A stretch of 64,000 bases of DNA from assembly GCF_023055435.1 (NCBI RefSeq), contig NW_025964223.1, positions 24,986,001-25,050,000 of the forward strand. The letters run 5' to 3'. Position numbers and translations under genes: made by a program. Shown piece by piece: positions 40,276 through 52,152 of this stretch. The stretch is from Haliotis rufescens. Taxonomy: Eukaryota. How positions within the stretch are numbered: the stretch's first letter is position 1; every line of letters starts with the position of its first letter. The notes below the pieces were generated by a model, which had not been told where the DNA came from, searched no databases, and saw only the letters and a list, made by a program, of their open reading frames with translations.

Positions 40276-40784
40276 TTTTCCAAAGCGGAATGCCTTGCTT
40301 TTGGACCCAACATGTGTATATGTATTTAGCAAATAACCTGCTTCATTCGAAATAGTTTGTACAGATTATATATCTATGTATTTTCCGAATGTGCCTGTCA
40401 TACTATAGTATGTGTCCGTAATTGGTGTTATATAAACAGAGGGAATACAACAGTTTCAAAGCATAACAGCAACATACTTAAACCACGGGGGAAATGCTTG
40501 GATAAAAATCAAATTGAGTTTAAATGTTTAAAAAAAAACACTGGAAAGATCTTAAATTGTGGGGAGAAAAAATCTATATCATTTATAAATAAAAAAATCC
40601 AACAATATAGAATATACTGAATTATACCCTGGTATAGTGTTGAAAGCATACGGTCCTGCGTATTTTATTGAGTCATTGTACATTGATTGTTAGATGAAGG
40701 AACTCCGGAACCTTCGATACCGATGTTGCTGATTTTTAGAAAAATAGAAAAGGAAAGGTTAAGATTGTCTAGCACCTCATGTAA

Positions 40785-40987
40785 TTAGTTGTAAGAGAGT
40801 TCTGCGCCTTATTTACTCAGCTGTGAGAGAGTTGTCCACCTTAGTTGTAAGGGAGTTGTCTACCTTAGTTTTGAGGGAGTTGCCTACCTTAGTTGTGGGG
40901 GAGTTGTCTACCTCAGTTGTGAGGGAGTTGTCTACCTCAGTTGTGAGGGAGTTGTCTACCTTAGTTGTGAGGGAGTTATGAACCCTT
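40785..40987. repeat. 24-bp tandem repeat, about 8 copies (decayed homologs at about 17090-17240 and 26620-26770)
   Basis: Unit cctcagttgtgagggagttgtcta. Confidence 0.9.
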
Positions 40988-41157
40988 ATTCGACCGCAAT
41001 CATCTGTATCTGATTGCCAATACAATGTAATAAAGTAGTTAATATGAGACCAGTGTCATTGTCTTTATTATGTGATACAATTACACGTTGCCTGACGTAC
41101 CCGCTACTGATGCCAATGGAGCGCCCAGGACACGCCAGGAGCGCAACAGGAGCGTGT

Positions 41158-41806
41158 GAAGCAGCTAGGTGGCATTGTTGTACACATCCGATGAGGGAGT
41201 TACACGTGTAAGATAGGTTGTCTGATGTACCTGATACTGCTGCCAGTACAACACGTGCATGTATGAAGCAGGTGACATTGTTGTACACATCCGATGAGGG
41301 AGTTACACGTGTAAGAGAGGTGGTCTGAAGTACATGATACTGCTGCCAGTAGAGAGGCCAGTACAACACGTGCCTGTATGTCTGAAGCAGGTGGCATTGT
41401 TGTACACATCCGATGAGGGAGTTACACGTGTAAGATAGGTTGTCTGAAGTACATGATACAGCTGACAGTAAAGAGCCCAGGGCAACACGTGCCCGTATGT
41501 CTGAAGCAGGTGGCATTGTTGTACACATCCGATGAGGGAGTTACACGTGTAAGAAAGGTTGTCTGAAGTACATGATACTGCTGACTGTAAAGAGCCCAGG
41601 GCAACACGTGCCCGTATGTCTGAAGCAGGTGGCATTGTTGTACACATCCGATGAGGGAGGTACACGTGTAAGATAGGTTGTCTGAAGTACATGATACTGC
41701 TGACAGTAAAGAGCCCAGGGCAACACGTGCCTGTATGTCTGAAGCAGGTGGCATTGTTGTACACATCCGATGAGGGAGTTACACGTGTAAGATACATTGT
41801 CTGAAG
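41158..41806. repeat. 119-bp tandem repeat, about 5.5 copies
   Basis: Recurring gaagcaggtggcattgttgtacacatccgatgagggagttacacgtgtaag. Confidence 0.95.
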
Positions 41807-41934
41807 AAATTATACACTTTAAAATTGGATCTGACCAAGAAAGTTGGAATGTTACGATATATACTATAAGATGAACAAAGTCGCGGAAACACTGCGGACG
41901 TTTGGTACAAAACACAACTATGATACCCGTGAAG

Positions 41935-42220
41935 TAAGACGAGTTCTATGGATGTACAACTTCTTTATTACAATTAGTGCGACGTTTCGGTGTAGATCCT
42001 AACACCTTTATCAAGCAAGTGATGGATAGGGCTAAACAACATAGGTATATATACACTTATTGACATCTAACTTGTTACAGTGACTAGTTGATGGACACAG
42101 AGAGGTGATTCAGCTAATTGGAAGCCAGTGGATGACTAATGAACACAGAGTATACTAGCAGAGTAAACAAGCAGACTGATGGAGATGACTGCTTGTTTAC
42201 TCTGCTAGTATACTCTGTGT
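41935..42220 (-). mobile_element. PLE terminal-repeat fragment ending in a perfect 32-bp hairpin
   Basis: Shares the AATAAAGAAGTTG..ATCCATA tail with the other PLE-like pieces; arms 42143-42174 and 42189-42220 are exact reverse complements. Confidence 0.7.
41978..42017 (-). ncRNA. Candidate minimal type I hammerhead ribozyme (short stem III, dimer type)
   Basis: Minus strand reads UGC-UUGAUAA-A-GGUGU-uaggaucu-ACACC-GAAA-CG-UC^GCA: U3/A8 core variant, 5-bp stem II, palindromic ACGU stem III, 3-bp stem I. Confidence 0.65.
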
Positions 42221-42509
42221 ATACCTGGCGACCTGCAAATAAAACCGAAATGGGCCATGAAGATAACAAAGGATCCTTCGGAAACATGTTTAGTTCTTAA
42301 CAACGACCGGAAGTCAGTCTGTTGTAAGCAGTAACTATGACTGAAAAAAAAGAGTATTACTATCCGCAGTGCACTCGCCCGAGTATTGTTTTCATCAAGA
42401 AAAGATACACCAATGAGTTAGAATTTGACAGCCAAATGGTTTGTGTTTTGAATAATGCCACTACCATTTTAATCAAATTGTCTGGTCGGCTTGTTTTATA
42501 AGGCTATTA

Positions 42510-42784
42510 GGGGGCACGGATGGCCCAGTCGTCTATGACGCCGCGATTCGCTGTGCAGAGTTGCGTCCCTTGGGCACGCCAGAAACCTAGAATTGGTTCG
42601 AATCCCGGTTAGTCTCGATTATGTTTCTAGGTTTGTCAGCACCATACCCGTGCTCGTGGGTTTCACCGAAGTGGTAAACGTCTGAGACCTGCATCACTTT
42701 GGGCTTTGCTCCCACATTAAGCTGACAAGCCGCGATATAAATGTTATACTGTTAAAAGCGACTTTAAAACCAACCCACTCACTC
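42510..42784 (+). mobile_element. tRNA-derived SINE, family B, with about 15-bp TSD
   Basis: B-box GGTTCGAATCCC; TSD tttataaggct(a/g)tta at 42495-42509 and 42785-42799. Confidence 0.9.
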
Positions 42785-42927
42785 TTTATAAGGCTGTTAA
42801 CTTCATAGAGAGGTTTCCCGTGAGAACTTAAAGGGAAATAAAACATCCACTGTCTCTCACAAAGCTATGTCATTGGTTCTCATCCGTCTGTCAAACAGTC
42901 GTTAGCAACTTCAAAACAACTTTCAAT

Positions 42928-43091
42928 GGCGGTGGGGTAGTCTTGTGGTTAAAGCGTTTTCCCGTCCCGTCGAAGGCCCGGGTTCGATTCCCAACATGAG
43001 TACACAGTGTGGAGCCCATCTCTGGTGCCCCCTGCCGTGACATTGCTGGATTTTTGCTACACGTGGCGTATACCACACCCATTCACTCACT
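42928..43091 (+). mobile_element. Short tRNA-derived SINE, family C
   Basis: GGCGGTGGGGTAGTCTTGTGGTTAAAGCG...GGTTCGATTCCC head and (CACT)n tail. Confidence 0.8.
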
Positions 43092-43412
43092 GTCAATATC
43101 ATACATTTTAAACGATTTGCACACGGAGTGATCCATATGAAGAATACGAAGAAGTTTACGATTTAATGGTAAAAAAGTCCAATAAGATGCAAAAATAATT
43201 TAGTCACAAGAGCATTCAGATTTCGAGACTCGAATCCGTCTCTGATCTCATAGACATGTGTATTCAGTTATCATCTAACCAAGAGTTATTTCCCTTTGAT
43301 GACTCTTTTAACTATAAGTTGCGAAATCCATATTTCCGATTTGATTATTACGATGAGGAAAAACAGATTATAATTGGAAATATTTTCCGTCGTAGGACAA
43401 CACAGAGCAGGA

Positions 43413-43496
43413 ATGGCGACCTTTCCGAGTATTACAGGGATTCTCCAAATTACTGTTGCCATCATCATCGTCCTTCAGTGTGTTTCTCAAACAAAC
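43413..43496 (+). CDS. TMEM9: TMEM9-family protein, coding exon 1 (signal peptide MATFPSITGILQITVAIIIVLQCVSQTN)
   Basis: ATG at 43413, 28 codons with a hydrophobic core, donor AAC|gtatgt, phase 0 matching exon 2. Confidence 0.8.
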
Positions 43497-44573
43497 GTAT
43501 GTAGTTTACGAACGTACATCCGAAAATGCCTAGTAATGTCATGTGATCCAAAATGAATTGAACGCTGGTGCCGATACCATTTATGCGGGAGTTCTTATTA
43601 GCAGTAATGGCATGCGTATTTACTGTCAAGGCGCCCTTTACTTTATTGTTCACACTGAAACAATTAGAACGATACGCGCACTGAAAACATGGAAAGGGCC
43701 AAATTTGATGGCATGTTATCTCTTCAGTACAGAAAAATAATCAGGTGTTCATTTAACCTTTAAGTTGTTTAAAGGAAGTACTGCATTTTACAAGGCCCTC
43801 TTGGATAGAGGGGCACCTGACCCTCATGATCAAAAGGGGTCAGGGGTAACTGATTGGAAAGAGGGGGGCCAAGGATAGAGTTGGGGGTAAGCTACCCTAA
43901 CCCTAAGGATATCAAGGTAGATCAGTGAAGCGAGAGCCGGAGCGTGCACTGCAAAGGAATTTGCTCATACTATCAGTCACTGGTTTGTCTGGTCCATTCT
44001 TACATTATTTACACAGCTGGCCGCAGTTGTATGGCAGTATTTATCAACCAACAAAACAAACTTCTGAAAATGAACCTTCTTTTACCTTCCTTAACATATT
44101 CTCTTTGACTTGGCATTTAACGTCTCTGGAGCCATGTTTCTTTCTTGGTGATCAATGGTGTTTTGATCTACATGTTGCTGATCCAGGAAATAAATATCCT
44201 TGGAATGATCATCTACATTACTGTTCAAAACTGTTAATATTTTCTTAATAATGGTACTCGTCCATGCAGCCAAAAGAAGGAGCACAAATAAGTCTTGGTA
44301 TGTTTCAGCTAGTTTTCATTTGAATCCTGCATTATGTACTTTTTGACACCTAAGAAAAATCATTTGACCTGAACATGCAGGGGTAAGCATAATAGAACAT
44401 GAAAATGTCCATCATGCTCTTCACACAGATTCTATAAGCTAGCAAGCTACTAGCTGCTGCTTTTTGATGACATATTGAATGTAAGAAAACATTTTCCCTT
44501 GGACACGTATGGAAAATATTCCTTTGTTTAACAAGCATATTCGTTCAACAATGATGATGTTGCTATGTTGCAG

Positions 44574-44677
44574 GCTAGTTATGAAGATGCACGATGCAAG
44601 TGTGTTTGTGATTTAGAAAGAAATGGAACAAAACCAGAACGGACAGTTTATGTACAAACAGTAGGAAATCAGGAATG
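44574..44677 (+). CDS. TMEM9: TMEM9-family exon 2 (ASYEDARCKCVCDLERNGTKPERTVYVQTVGNQE+C)
   Basis: ttgcag| acceptor, TG|gtaagt donor. EDxRCKCxC is the N-terminal signature of TMEM9/TMEM9B. Confidence 0.92.
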
Positions 44678-45445
44678 GTAAGTTAATTTTCAGCATGGTT
44701 TATTTGATTTATTTTTAATTGTGGATTATGTTTAAACAGAAAGAGAATTACCAATACCTCATATAGCATGTGTATAGATTACTTTTTGTTGACATTTATA
44801 TTGAATGAGATCAGAGAGTCAGTGACCATGGTGACTTAAACATGTTTAAATTGAAAGTGACAACAGTATTTCTGCCATACTGTGACTTAGAATAGATGGG
44901 CAATACCAAGGGATTCAAGAATATCTAAAACAGGGGTAAAGATGGTAAAGTGATTGTCAACCATCTCTTATACATAAAGATGATTGTCACTGATACAAGT
45001 CAACAGAGTAAACATTGTAAATTTATGTAAACATGGTAAATATTCCCTGATGGGCCAAGTATTTTCTAACTTGGCTTTCCCTGTTTATGCTATTAGTGTG
45101 GTTTAAGGACAGGAATAGAACTTAACACTAGCCAGCTAGCCCGGGGCTAGTACACATTTACTAATTTCCCCATTGTTTTAACAATACAAGGGCATTTTAT
45201 CATTCCTGGGCTTGTGATTGTAGTTCTAACCCTAAAGGATGTCAGCTGGTGTGACTTTGTGTTCACTCCGCAACTTGACCTGTCATGTATCAGGAATCCT
45301 GTAAAATTGTTTAACAATATTTGTTAGAGCCAGTGTATCGTCACCCTGAAGTAATGAAGCTGAGAATCATAGACTAAAAGTCATATATGGCATAATAGTA
45401 TACCTAGCCTAAAGTTTATTAATTTTTTTGTGCTTATGTTTGCAG

Positions 45446-45539
45446 CAAGTGTGACACTGTGGCACTCCCAAAGAATCCTGAAATCTTTTGCCCACGATGT
45501 GAATGTTCCAAGGAGAGTAGAAACACGACAACCATCAAG
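45446..45539 (+). CDS. TMEM9: TMEM9-family exon 3 (C KCDTVALPKNPEIFCPRCECSKESRNTTTIK)
   Basis: tttgcag| acceptor, phase 2 completes Cys. CxxCEC...R(S/N)TTTIK matches TMEM9. Donor AAG|gtcatt is weak. Not in the frame shown by the ORF track. Confidence 0.9.
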
Positions 45540-46111
45540 GTCATTTGATAATTTCATTGAGTACAGCTTCCTGGACGTGTTGATCCAGCCAGATGTTACT
45601 CTTGTTCCTAAACAATTAGCACTGACAGAACAGAACAGATCTGTTGACAATAAGCATGATAAATTATGTTGACAATAATCAGGACAGATCTGTTGACATG
45701 GTTGACGACAAGCAGAAAAAATCTAGTGAAGATGTGTTAACAAAAAGCTTGTGAAGGCAAAAACATGACCTGATGACAATAGACTGTTGCCATCAAAATG
45801 TGATGACAATACGATATCTTGATACACATGTTATCATATGCTGAGAATATGATGTGATGACAATAAGATGTAGTGAGAAGAATGTATGATGAAAATATTT
45901 TAGCTGTCGGATATGATGATGACGATGACATATTATTATTATCATTATTATGACTCCTCATACATGTCATAAGTAAGACTTACAACATGTACAATGTTAA
46001 AAATGATTAACATTGAAGAGTCCTGATTGTAATTGTTTAGAAAATGAAGTACTGCTATTATGTTATCAGTCACTCAACAAAAGCCATCACTCTCTCCTCA
46101 TTGTGTTGCAG

Positions 46112-46234
46112 GTGGTGGTGATCTTCATCATCTGTGTGGTGTCCCTGCTGATGGTGTACATGCTGTTCCTCATGTGTCTGGACCCACTGATCGCACGTCG
46201 ACCCGCTCACTACCAGGAACATGCAGACGAGGAG
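46112..46234 (+). CDS. TMEM9: TMEM9-family exon 4, transmembrane helix (VVVIFIICVVSLLMVYMLFLMCLDPLIARRPAHYQEHADEE)
   Basis: gttgcag| acceptor; YMxFLMxxDPLI motif; donor GAG|gtgaat, or an in-frame alternative TTG|gtaaca at 46243. Confidence 0.92.
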
Positions 46235-47166
46235 GTGAATTTGGTAACAAGTTTTGGCTGCGGCTCTGTTCCTTGCTTCTTCAACACACTAACATTCAGC
46301 CTCAAGCATCAAACAGCATGGCATCAATACTGTTGTGTTTCCAATAGATGGAGCAAAGTCTTTTACTACTTGTGTACTCCAATATCTGTAGCATATCGCA
46401 TCTCCTAGTGAGTCAGATATTTGTTGTTTCATAAATAGTTGACAATTTTTAAGTGTGTGGGGGTTTGGTTTTTTGATAAATGAATGTTGAAATTCCAGCA
46501 AAAAACTTGTATGATAAATTCCAACTTATTTGACAATAGATTAAGAGGAAGATTTGAAAGCACTGTCAGTGACTATAGGGGAAATATACATGAACTACAT
46601 ATTAAAGATATTTCATCCGTTTAATTAGATTTAGGTCAATCCCAATTATGTCAAGTCTGTTAAGAGTAACCTCCCTTTGTTAATTTATAAGGTTTAGATG
46701 TTATGGATGCTGTTTGATGCTTAGGTTGAACAGAACATGTGTTCAGAATGAAATTGTTCAATGTTATTTTTCATAAGAGTGTTTTGCAGTGCTCTGTGTA
46801 CCTGTTTGAGATGTGTTGAACTTCAATAACCTCCTTGATATAGCATAACTGATTTAAGTTCATTATTGACCACAAAGTAAGGATTTATTTCATAATTAAT
46901 GAAAGGTACTTATACCAATCCACTGTGCCTAAAAGTAATCTAAGGACTGGCTCGTAGCCCCGCTCATTGAGGATATTAGCATGAGCATCCTGTATTACCC
47001 AGTGTATTATGTCTCCATTCTATTATGATTAATACCCTGGACTCATTTGCAACCAAAGGAAGTGACATCCTCATCTTCATCTCTCTTATCACAAACGTAG
47101 CAGAAGATTTCTCTCACTCATGGTGTAATCTGATTGGATGGCTATCTACAGTGCCATATCTTTCAA

Positions 47167-47392
47167 CAGTGTTTGAAATATAACAAAATGCTAGGCTGTC
47201 ATCAGGACCCAGAGACTCTGGAAGCTGCAGCCCCTGAGTAAACTCTTCAGGCCCTCACTTAAAAAACTGAAGCTTATTGTGACAAATAAATTGACCAGTA
47301 AATTTACTGAAGATCATAAGGGCCCATACAAATTTGAAACTACAGGCCCGACACAAGATCTGCCTATGGGCAGGCGCTTATTTCGAACACTG
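47167..47392. mobile_element. Possible hAT-like MITE
   Basis: cagtgtttgaaata / tatttcgaacactg termini; no clear TSD. Confidence 0.45.
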
Positions 47393-48222
47393 TCACAAGT
47401 ATGGTTGAAAACATATAAGATTATAAGATAAGATTAACTCAATTACTTTAACTGGCTTGTTTGCTCTCAACATGCTCAAAATGCTGAATTAAGATTATTA
47501 CCAAGTCAAAATTTCAAGGCATGTCAATGAAAAATGAAAGCTGTTTCGCCTCTGACTTGTCTAATCTGTCCTGATTCTCTTGATCCTTGGTCATGTTTAT
47601 TATGCTAATAAACAAAGATGGAACGGGTCTTTACACATTTGTCAGCTATATATTGACCATGTTGACATCTGTTTATCAACCCTGTATGTCCCTTTGATAA
47701 ATTACTTTCGGGTCATTCAGCTTCTAAATTATTCTAGACCTGAAGCTTTGAGACCAGCATTAATTTATATTTGAAACTTACCAGATTCATTTCTCAGGGA
47801 TTATTTTAAAGCTTAGAAAAATTACCTTGCTACCCATTGTCAGAGCACATAATGATAAGCAGATTGAATTCCTGATTGTTATATGAAGTTCAACATGTCT
47901 GAAATAGGCTATTAACTGAAACATTAAGTACAACATTTTCTAAACCAAATCAAGTTGTAAAATTAAGATGTCTTAAAGATATCAGTATATGTAGAATACC
48001 TGATCACATGTTCTGAAGCATTCTCTGTGCATGATGTATTATCTGTGTAAACTTAGTGTAGTGAGTCACTATGTCCTCATCACACTAGTCAGCATATCAC
48101 TCTGATACCGCTAATCACTGAATATGTAGCCATCCCCTTCAGTTTGCACTGTGTATTGATGGACCTGGGATAGTTATGGTGTGTCTGTGGTTGTTGTTGG
48201 TCGTGGATTGAGGTCAAGGGAT

Positions 48223-48369
48223 GAGGTCAAGGTCATTACACTGCATGTTATGATGGATGGAATGTTTCAGGTCAAGGTCATTACACTGCATGTTATGGGG
48301 GATGGAATGTTTCAGGTCAAGGTCATTACACTGCATGTTATGGGGGATGGAATGTTTCAGGTCAAGGTC
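48223..48369. repeat. 45-bp tandem repeat, about 3 copies
   Basis: Unit aggtcaaggtcattacactgcatgttatgggggatggaatgtttc. Confidence 0.9.
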
Positions 48370-49464
48370 CTTGTGGTTTAACTATTATAGTTCAGGGCAA
48401 ACCTATGGTTTATTACACTACAATGGGGAAAGAGCAAACTTTATTTCTTAAATATTGCAATACCTGAATCACAATATTACTCGATTTTTACACGAACGTC
48501 TCCATGTTCGATGTGGCCCCAGCTAACAAGAGGTAGTTCATCTGAACATGATGAACTAGTCCGTGGCTAGTACATGCTTGTTTTAATACTATTAGTATTG
48601 ATTCATGACAGGCAGTACGGTAACACAAGAACAAGTAGTTATCAGACCAGGCTTATTGGAAAATTTGGTAAATATTACTTTTTTGAAAATCAGTTTGGAA
48701 GTTAAACATGAATCAATACATGGTTAGGCATATTGTGTATCGCATCATCTGGTTAAAATTATGATATGTCGGTGAATTGTGACCCCTAGAGCTGCTACTG
48801 ATGTAGGTTCTCACCTGGAGTCAGGTACCTGTTTCATGTCTGCATCACATACAGTGTTGGCCTCAGGTACTAACTTGTCTCACACGTGTCGGTGGAGGTT
48901 CTCACACTGCATGAAGGTGTCAGTTACAGAAGAAATCAGCTCTTAATGTTATTTTGTTAGATTTGGCAATATTTCTTACGTGTAACCAAATTTTCAATTC
49001 GATGTAGGCTTTGAGTCAGTATTGTTGGTATTTCTCTGTACCATTCTCTTGGCATGGTTTGTGTCACATTTAGTAAATTCTATCCTTTAAATGCTTGTTA
49101 GATAATAAGTGCTCTCAAAATTAGAAATAGGGGGCTCTTATTAGAATATAATTTTGGTGAGAAAAAAAAGTTGAAAGATCATAAATTTTGTGGTTTATGC
49201 TGTCAGCCTGAAATGATACAGAAGAAAAGTAGTATTATACACGACAGATATATTTTCCAGAATTTAATTGCCCATAATTAAGGGTGCATATAACACACAA
49301 GTGTGTATTATACATGAATAAATAAGTCTTGTGTACATTGATCAATTGAAAGGGATGTTAATTGGGATTGTTCACTAGCCAATATATTAGCAAATATCGC
49401 CGTGGGCGCTTATTAGAATCGGGCGCTTATTACGTCGAATATGGTAATAGGACCATTGTAGTAA

Positions 49465-49671
49465 ATATAAAAAACATACAACGTTATGGATGACAACTTC
49501 TGGTTTATTGCGTTTAAAGACGTTTCAATGTAGATGGAGTCAGCTTGATAACGGTGTAAGAATCTACATGGAAACATCTCTAAATGCTGGGAACCAGAAG
49601 TTGTTTTCCATAAAGTTGTATGTTTTCTTATTTATTCACCAACTTCTAGAGTGCCAATAAAAAAGTTACTC
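49465..49671 (+). mobile_element. Fold-back PLE mini-insertion with degenerate hammerhead and 9-bp TSD
   Basis: Inverted arms of about 65 bp; TTGATAAcGGTGTaagaatctACAtgGAAACaTC; TSD ttgtagtaa at 49456-49464 and 49672-49680. Confidence 0.72.
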
Positions 49672-50477
49672 TTGTAGTAATCTGGCACATGGTCCTGTGC
49701 ACAGTGCAAAAGTCAAGTGAAGTTAAGTAATGTCAGTCTCGGAGAGTAGTTGGTTGGTTAAGCAGATTGATTCCTGAGAGTTTCTAGGGCTTCGGTCCTG
49801 CTCCAAACTAAAGCACATGTACCACATGTGGTGTCTCCACAGGCAAGTGTTCGAAATGTGCCTCTGTTCACCCAGCAGTGAGTGGGTACCCAGTAGGATG
49901 AGATGGTAATATGGCTGTTAAATTCTTGTCAAACTTTGCTAGTAGCAGAAAAAAAGTCAAGGCCACAGGATCCATGCAATATCACTGCACATTTCCACAA
50001 AATTGTCATTTTTGTAGAGGATTATTTGCACACAGATATGACCTGTCACTTATTTTTAGCTCACCTGACTGAAAGTCAAGTGAGTTTATGTGTTGGGCTG
50101 TTTGTCCAGCATCCAGCGTCTGTCCAATGAAGCTGAAACGTCACATGCTTGTTGCCACCAATGGTGACACCTGAATTTGTTCAACATGTTCAAGAGGTTT
50201 GAATCTGATTTTCAATTTGATATTAAAATAGATATTTTGACCTTTGCACATCAAACATCCTGAAAGCTATAACTTCCCAGTGCCGTAGCCACCCTGGTGT
50301 CACCCTGACGTGATAATGCTGGAATATCACTAAAAGCGGCTTACAACCATATTCACTCACTCAATTCAATATGGCTGCCGTAGCAGAGAGTTGGTTTCAG
50401 AGTCGAAACTTTGTATAAAGTAAATATAACTATTGTGTATTGCAACCATGGTATAGTACATTCATTTTTGCAGATTA

Positions 50478-50608
50478 AGCCTAGTGGTTAAAGCGTTCGA
50501 ATCCCGACATGGGTACAATGTGTGAAGCCCATTTTTTCTGGTGTCCCCCGCCTCGATATTGCTGGAATATTGCTAAAAGCGGCGTAAAACCATACTCACT
50601 CACTCACT
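50478..50608 (+). mobile_element. SINE family C with internal deletion (another tail fragment at about 50305-50362)
   Basis: agcctagtggttaaagcgttcgaatccc head fused to ggaatattgctaaaagcggcgtaaaac(CACT)n. Confidence 0.75.
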
Positions 50609-50956
50609 TAGAAACAGTGTCAAAATTTAGCTTCTTGTTTCATGTTTCTATATCTATCTAGTATCTATACTTATTATTTGTAAAGTGTCTGTCTTTGTTG
50701 ACATTTAATTCTGTTGACTACATATCCAGGTGAGCCAGAGTGCCATGGCTGTATTTTAAGTTGTGTAATGTGTGACAAATGGTCATTGAAACAATCTCCA
50801 AGGATACATGAAATAATTCCTATATGTTAACATGTGCCATTACAATTAATAAGGAAAAGGAAGTTTTTAAAGCAGCCAATATGAGAGTTTTTAACACTGA
50901 CGTCATGGTCCAATCACAGTGTGTTTCAAAGCAGAATAAATAGTTTAATGCAAGTG

Positions 50957-51520
50957 CAATCTCATTAAAATCTGAGGACATCCCATTTTGGGTCATGTCA
51001 GAATGACCTTTCATCCGACCAATCTAAGTGTTGCTTACCAGATCATAAAAGTGACAGTCGGAATGTGTTTTCTAATCATGCAACCTCGAAAATGTTAACA
51101 CGGGGTATTCCGAACAACAGTTACGGCCCGTACGACTGATTCCGTCAAAATTATCGTCCATCTCTCGCTTCCGTGGGATAAACATTTGTACGGAGAAGGC
51201 GTTTCACAGTATGTGGGAAGTACTGCCATACAATCTCAACCAAATATTAGACATTCCGGAAAGTTCATTTGTTTAGTTTTCAAAAACTTTAATCGAGAAT
51301 TGTGTCAACATATTTTTCAAGCGTAGTCTGAAATGAGAGTCGTTAGGTTGAAACGAGTGACGTAAAGCTTGAGAAAGCTGCTTTCTAATTGGCTGATGTC
51401 GACTTCTTGTTTGTCATTTCAGTGGTTGGTCAAAGTTCACAAAAGGTTGTTCCGTAATGGGATGTCCTCAGATCTTTATTTAGCGGCAGAGAGAACTTTG
51501 ATCTGATTTTAATGAGATTG
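50957..51520. mobile_element. MITE-like element with interrupted TIRs
   Basis: caatctcattaaaatc+tgaggacatcccatt is mirrored by aatgggatgtcctcagat (51456-51473) and gattttaatgagattg (about 51505-51520). Confidence 0.6.
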
Positions 51521-52010
51521 ATGCAAGTGATGGTATCAGTGTGGATGGTATTGGTCATCCTATTCAATTACTGCCGATGGTATTGTGACCAGATCATATC
51601 CGTCACATCACAGTCTGTTTTGACATCTGTAGATGGATTTATTTACAGTAGCACAGAACGGAGACTTGATGAGTATAAGAACTATTGTAGACAAACAAGT
51701 CAGTGTAAGATAAAGTCAGATGCAGACTGTATTGGATAGCTTGAAATTGTGCATCCCAAGGAACAACCTGTATTGTTATACATCTTGTAAAAATCTTGGA
51801 ATTCCATTGGTTAATCCATATCATGTGACGAGACAGTAAGTTTCAATGTAGACCCTAAAATCATGTGACTGACACTGTCATCGAATATTGACTCGTCACA
51901 TTATCAGTATTGACCTGTCACATGATGAATATTGACTCATCTGCAAGAAAACAAGATGGCGTCTGGTATGAACATTTCAAGCTTCGCAGCCAAGTTACTG
52001 TAATGAAACA

Positions 52011-52152
52011 CAGGGGTAGAAACTAACCCTTATAATGATAACATATAGCGAACCCCTTAAAAATGGCAAATTTCTACTAGTCCTTAGATACCTTTACTGT
52101 AAATTGGGCAGTTTGGCAAGGACTATAGGACTAGTGCCAGTTTCTAACACTG
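52011..52152. mobile_element. Short CAG...CTG MITE with 5-bp TSD (relatives at about 45110-45232 and 55060-55141)
   Basis: caggggtagaaact / agtttctaacactg termini, with aaaca on both sides. Confidence 0.55.

Noticed and set aside
40690-40725. GATGAAGG...CCTTCGATAC hammerhead-like string
   Set aside because: Both core boxes are mismatched and there is no PLE tail.
41158-41806. CRISPR-like or hammerhead-satellite reading of the 119-bp repeat
   Set aside because: No unique spacers or cas genes in a eukaryotic context; CCGATGAG has no matching GAAA or stem partners.
42928-43002. tRNA gene
   Set aside because: The tRNA-like head continues into a SINE body and tail, and has a deleted relative at 50478.
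45430-45672. 80-aa ORF from the track
   Set aside because: Wrong frame; the real TMEM9 exon 3 is read in another frame.
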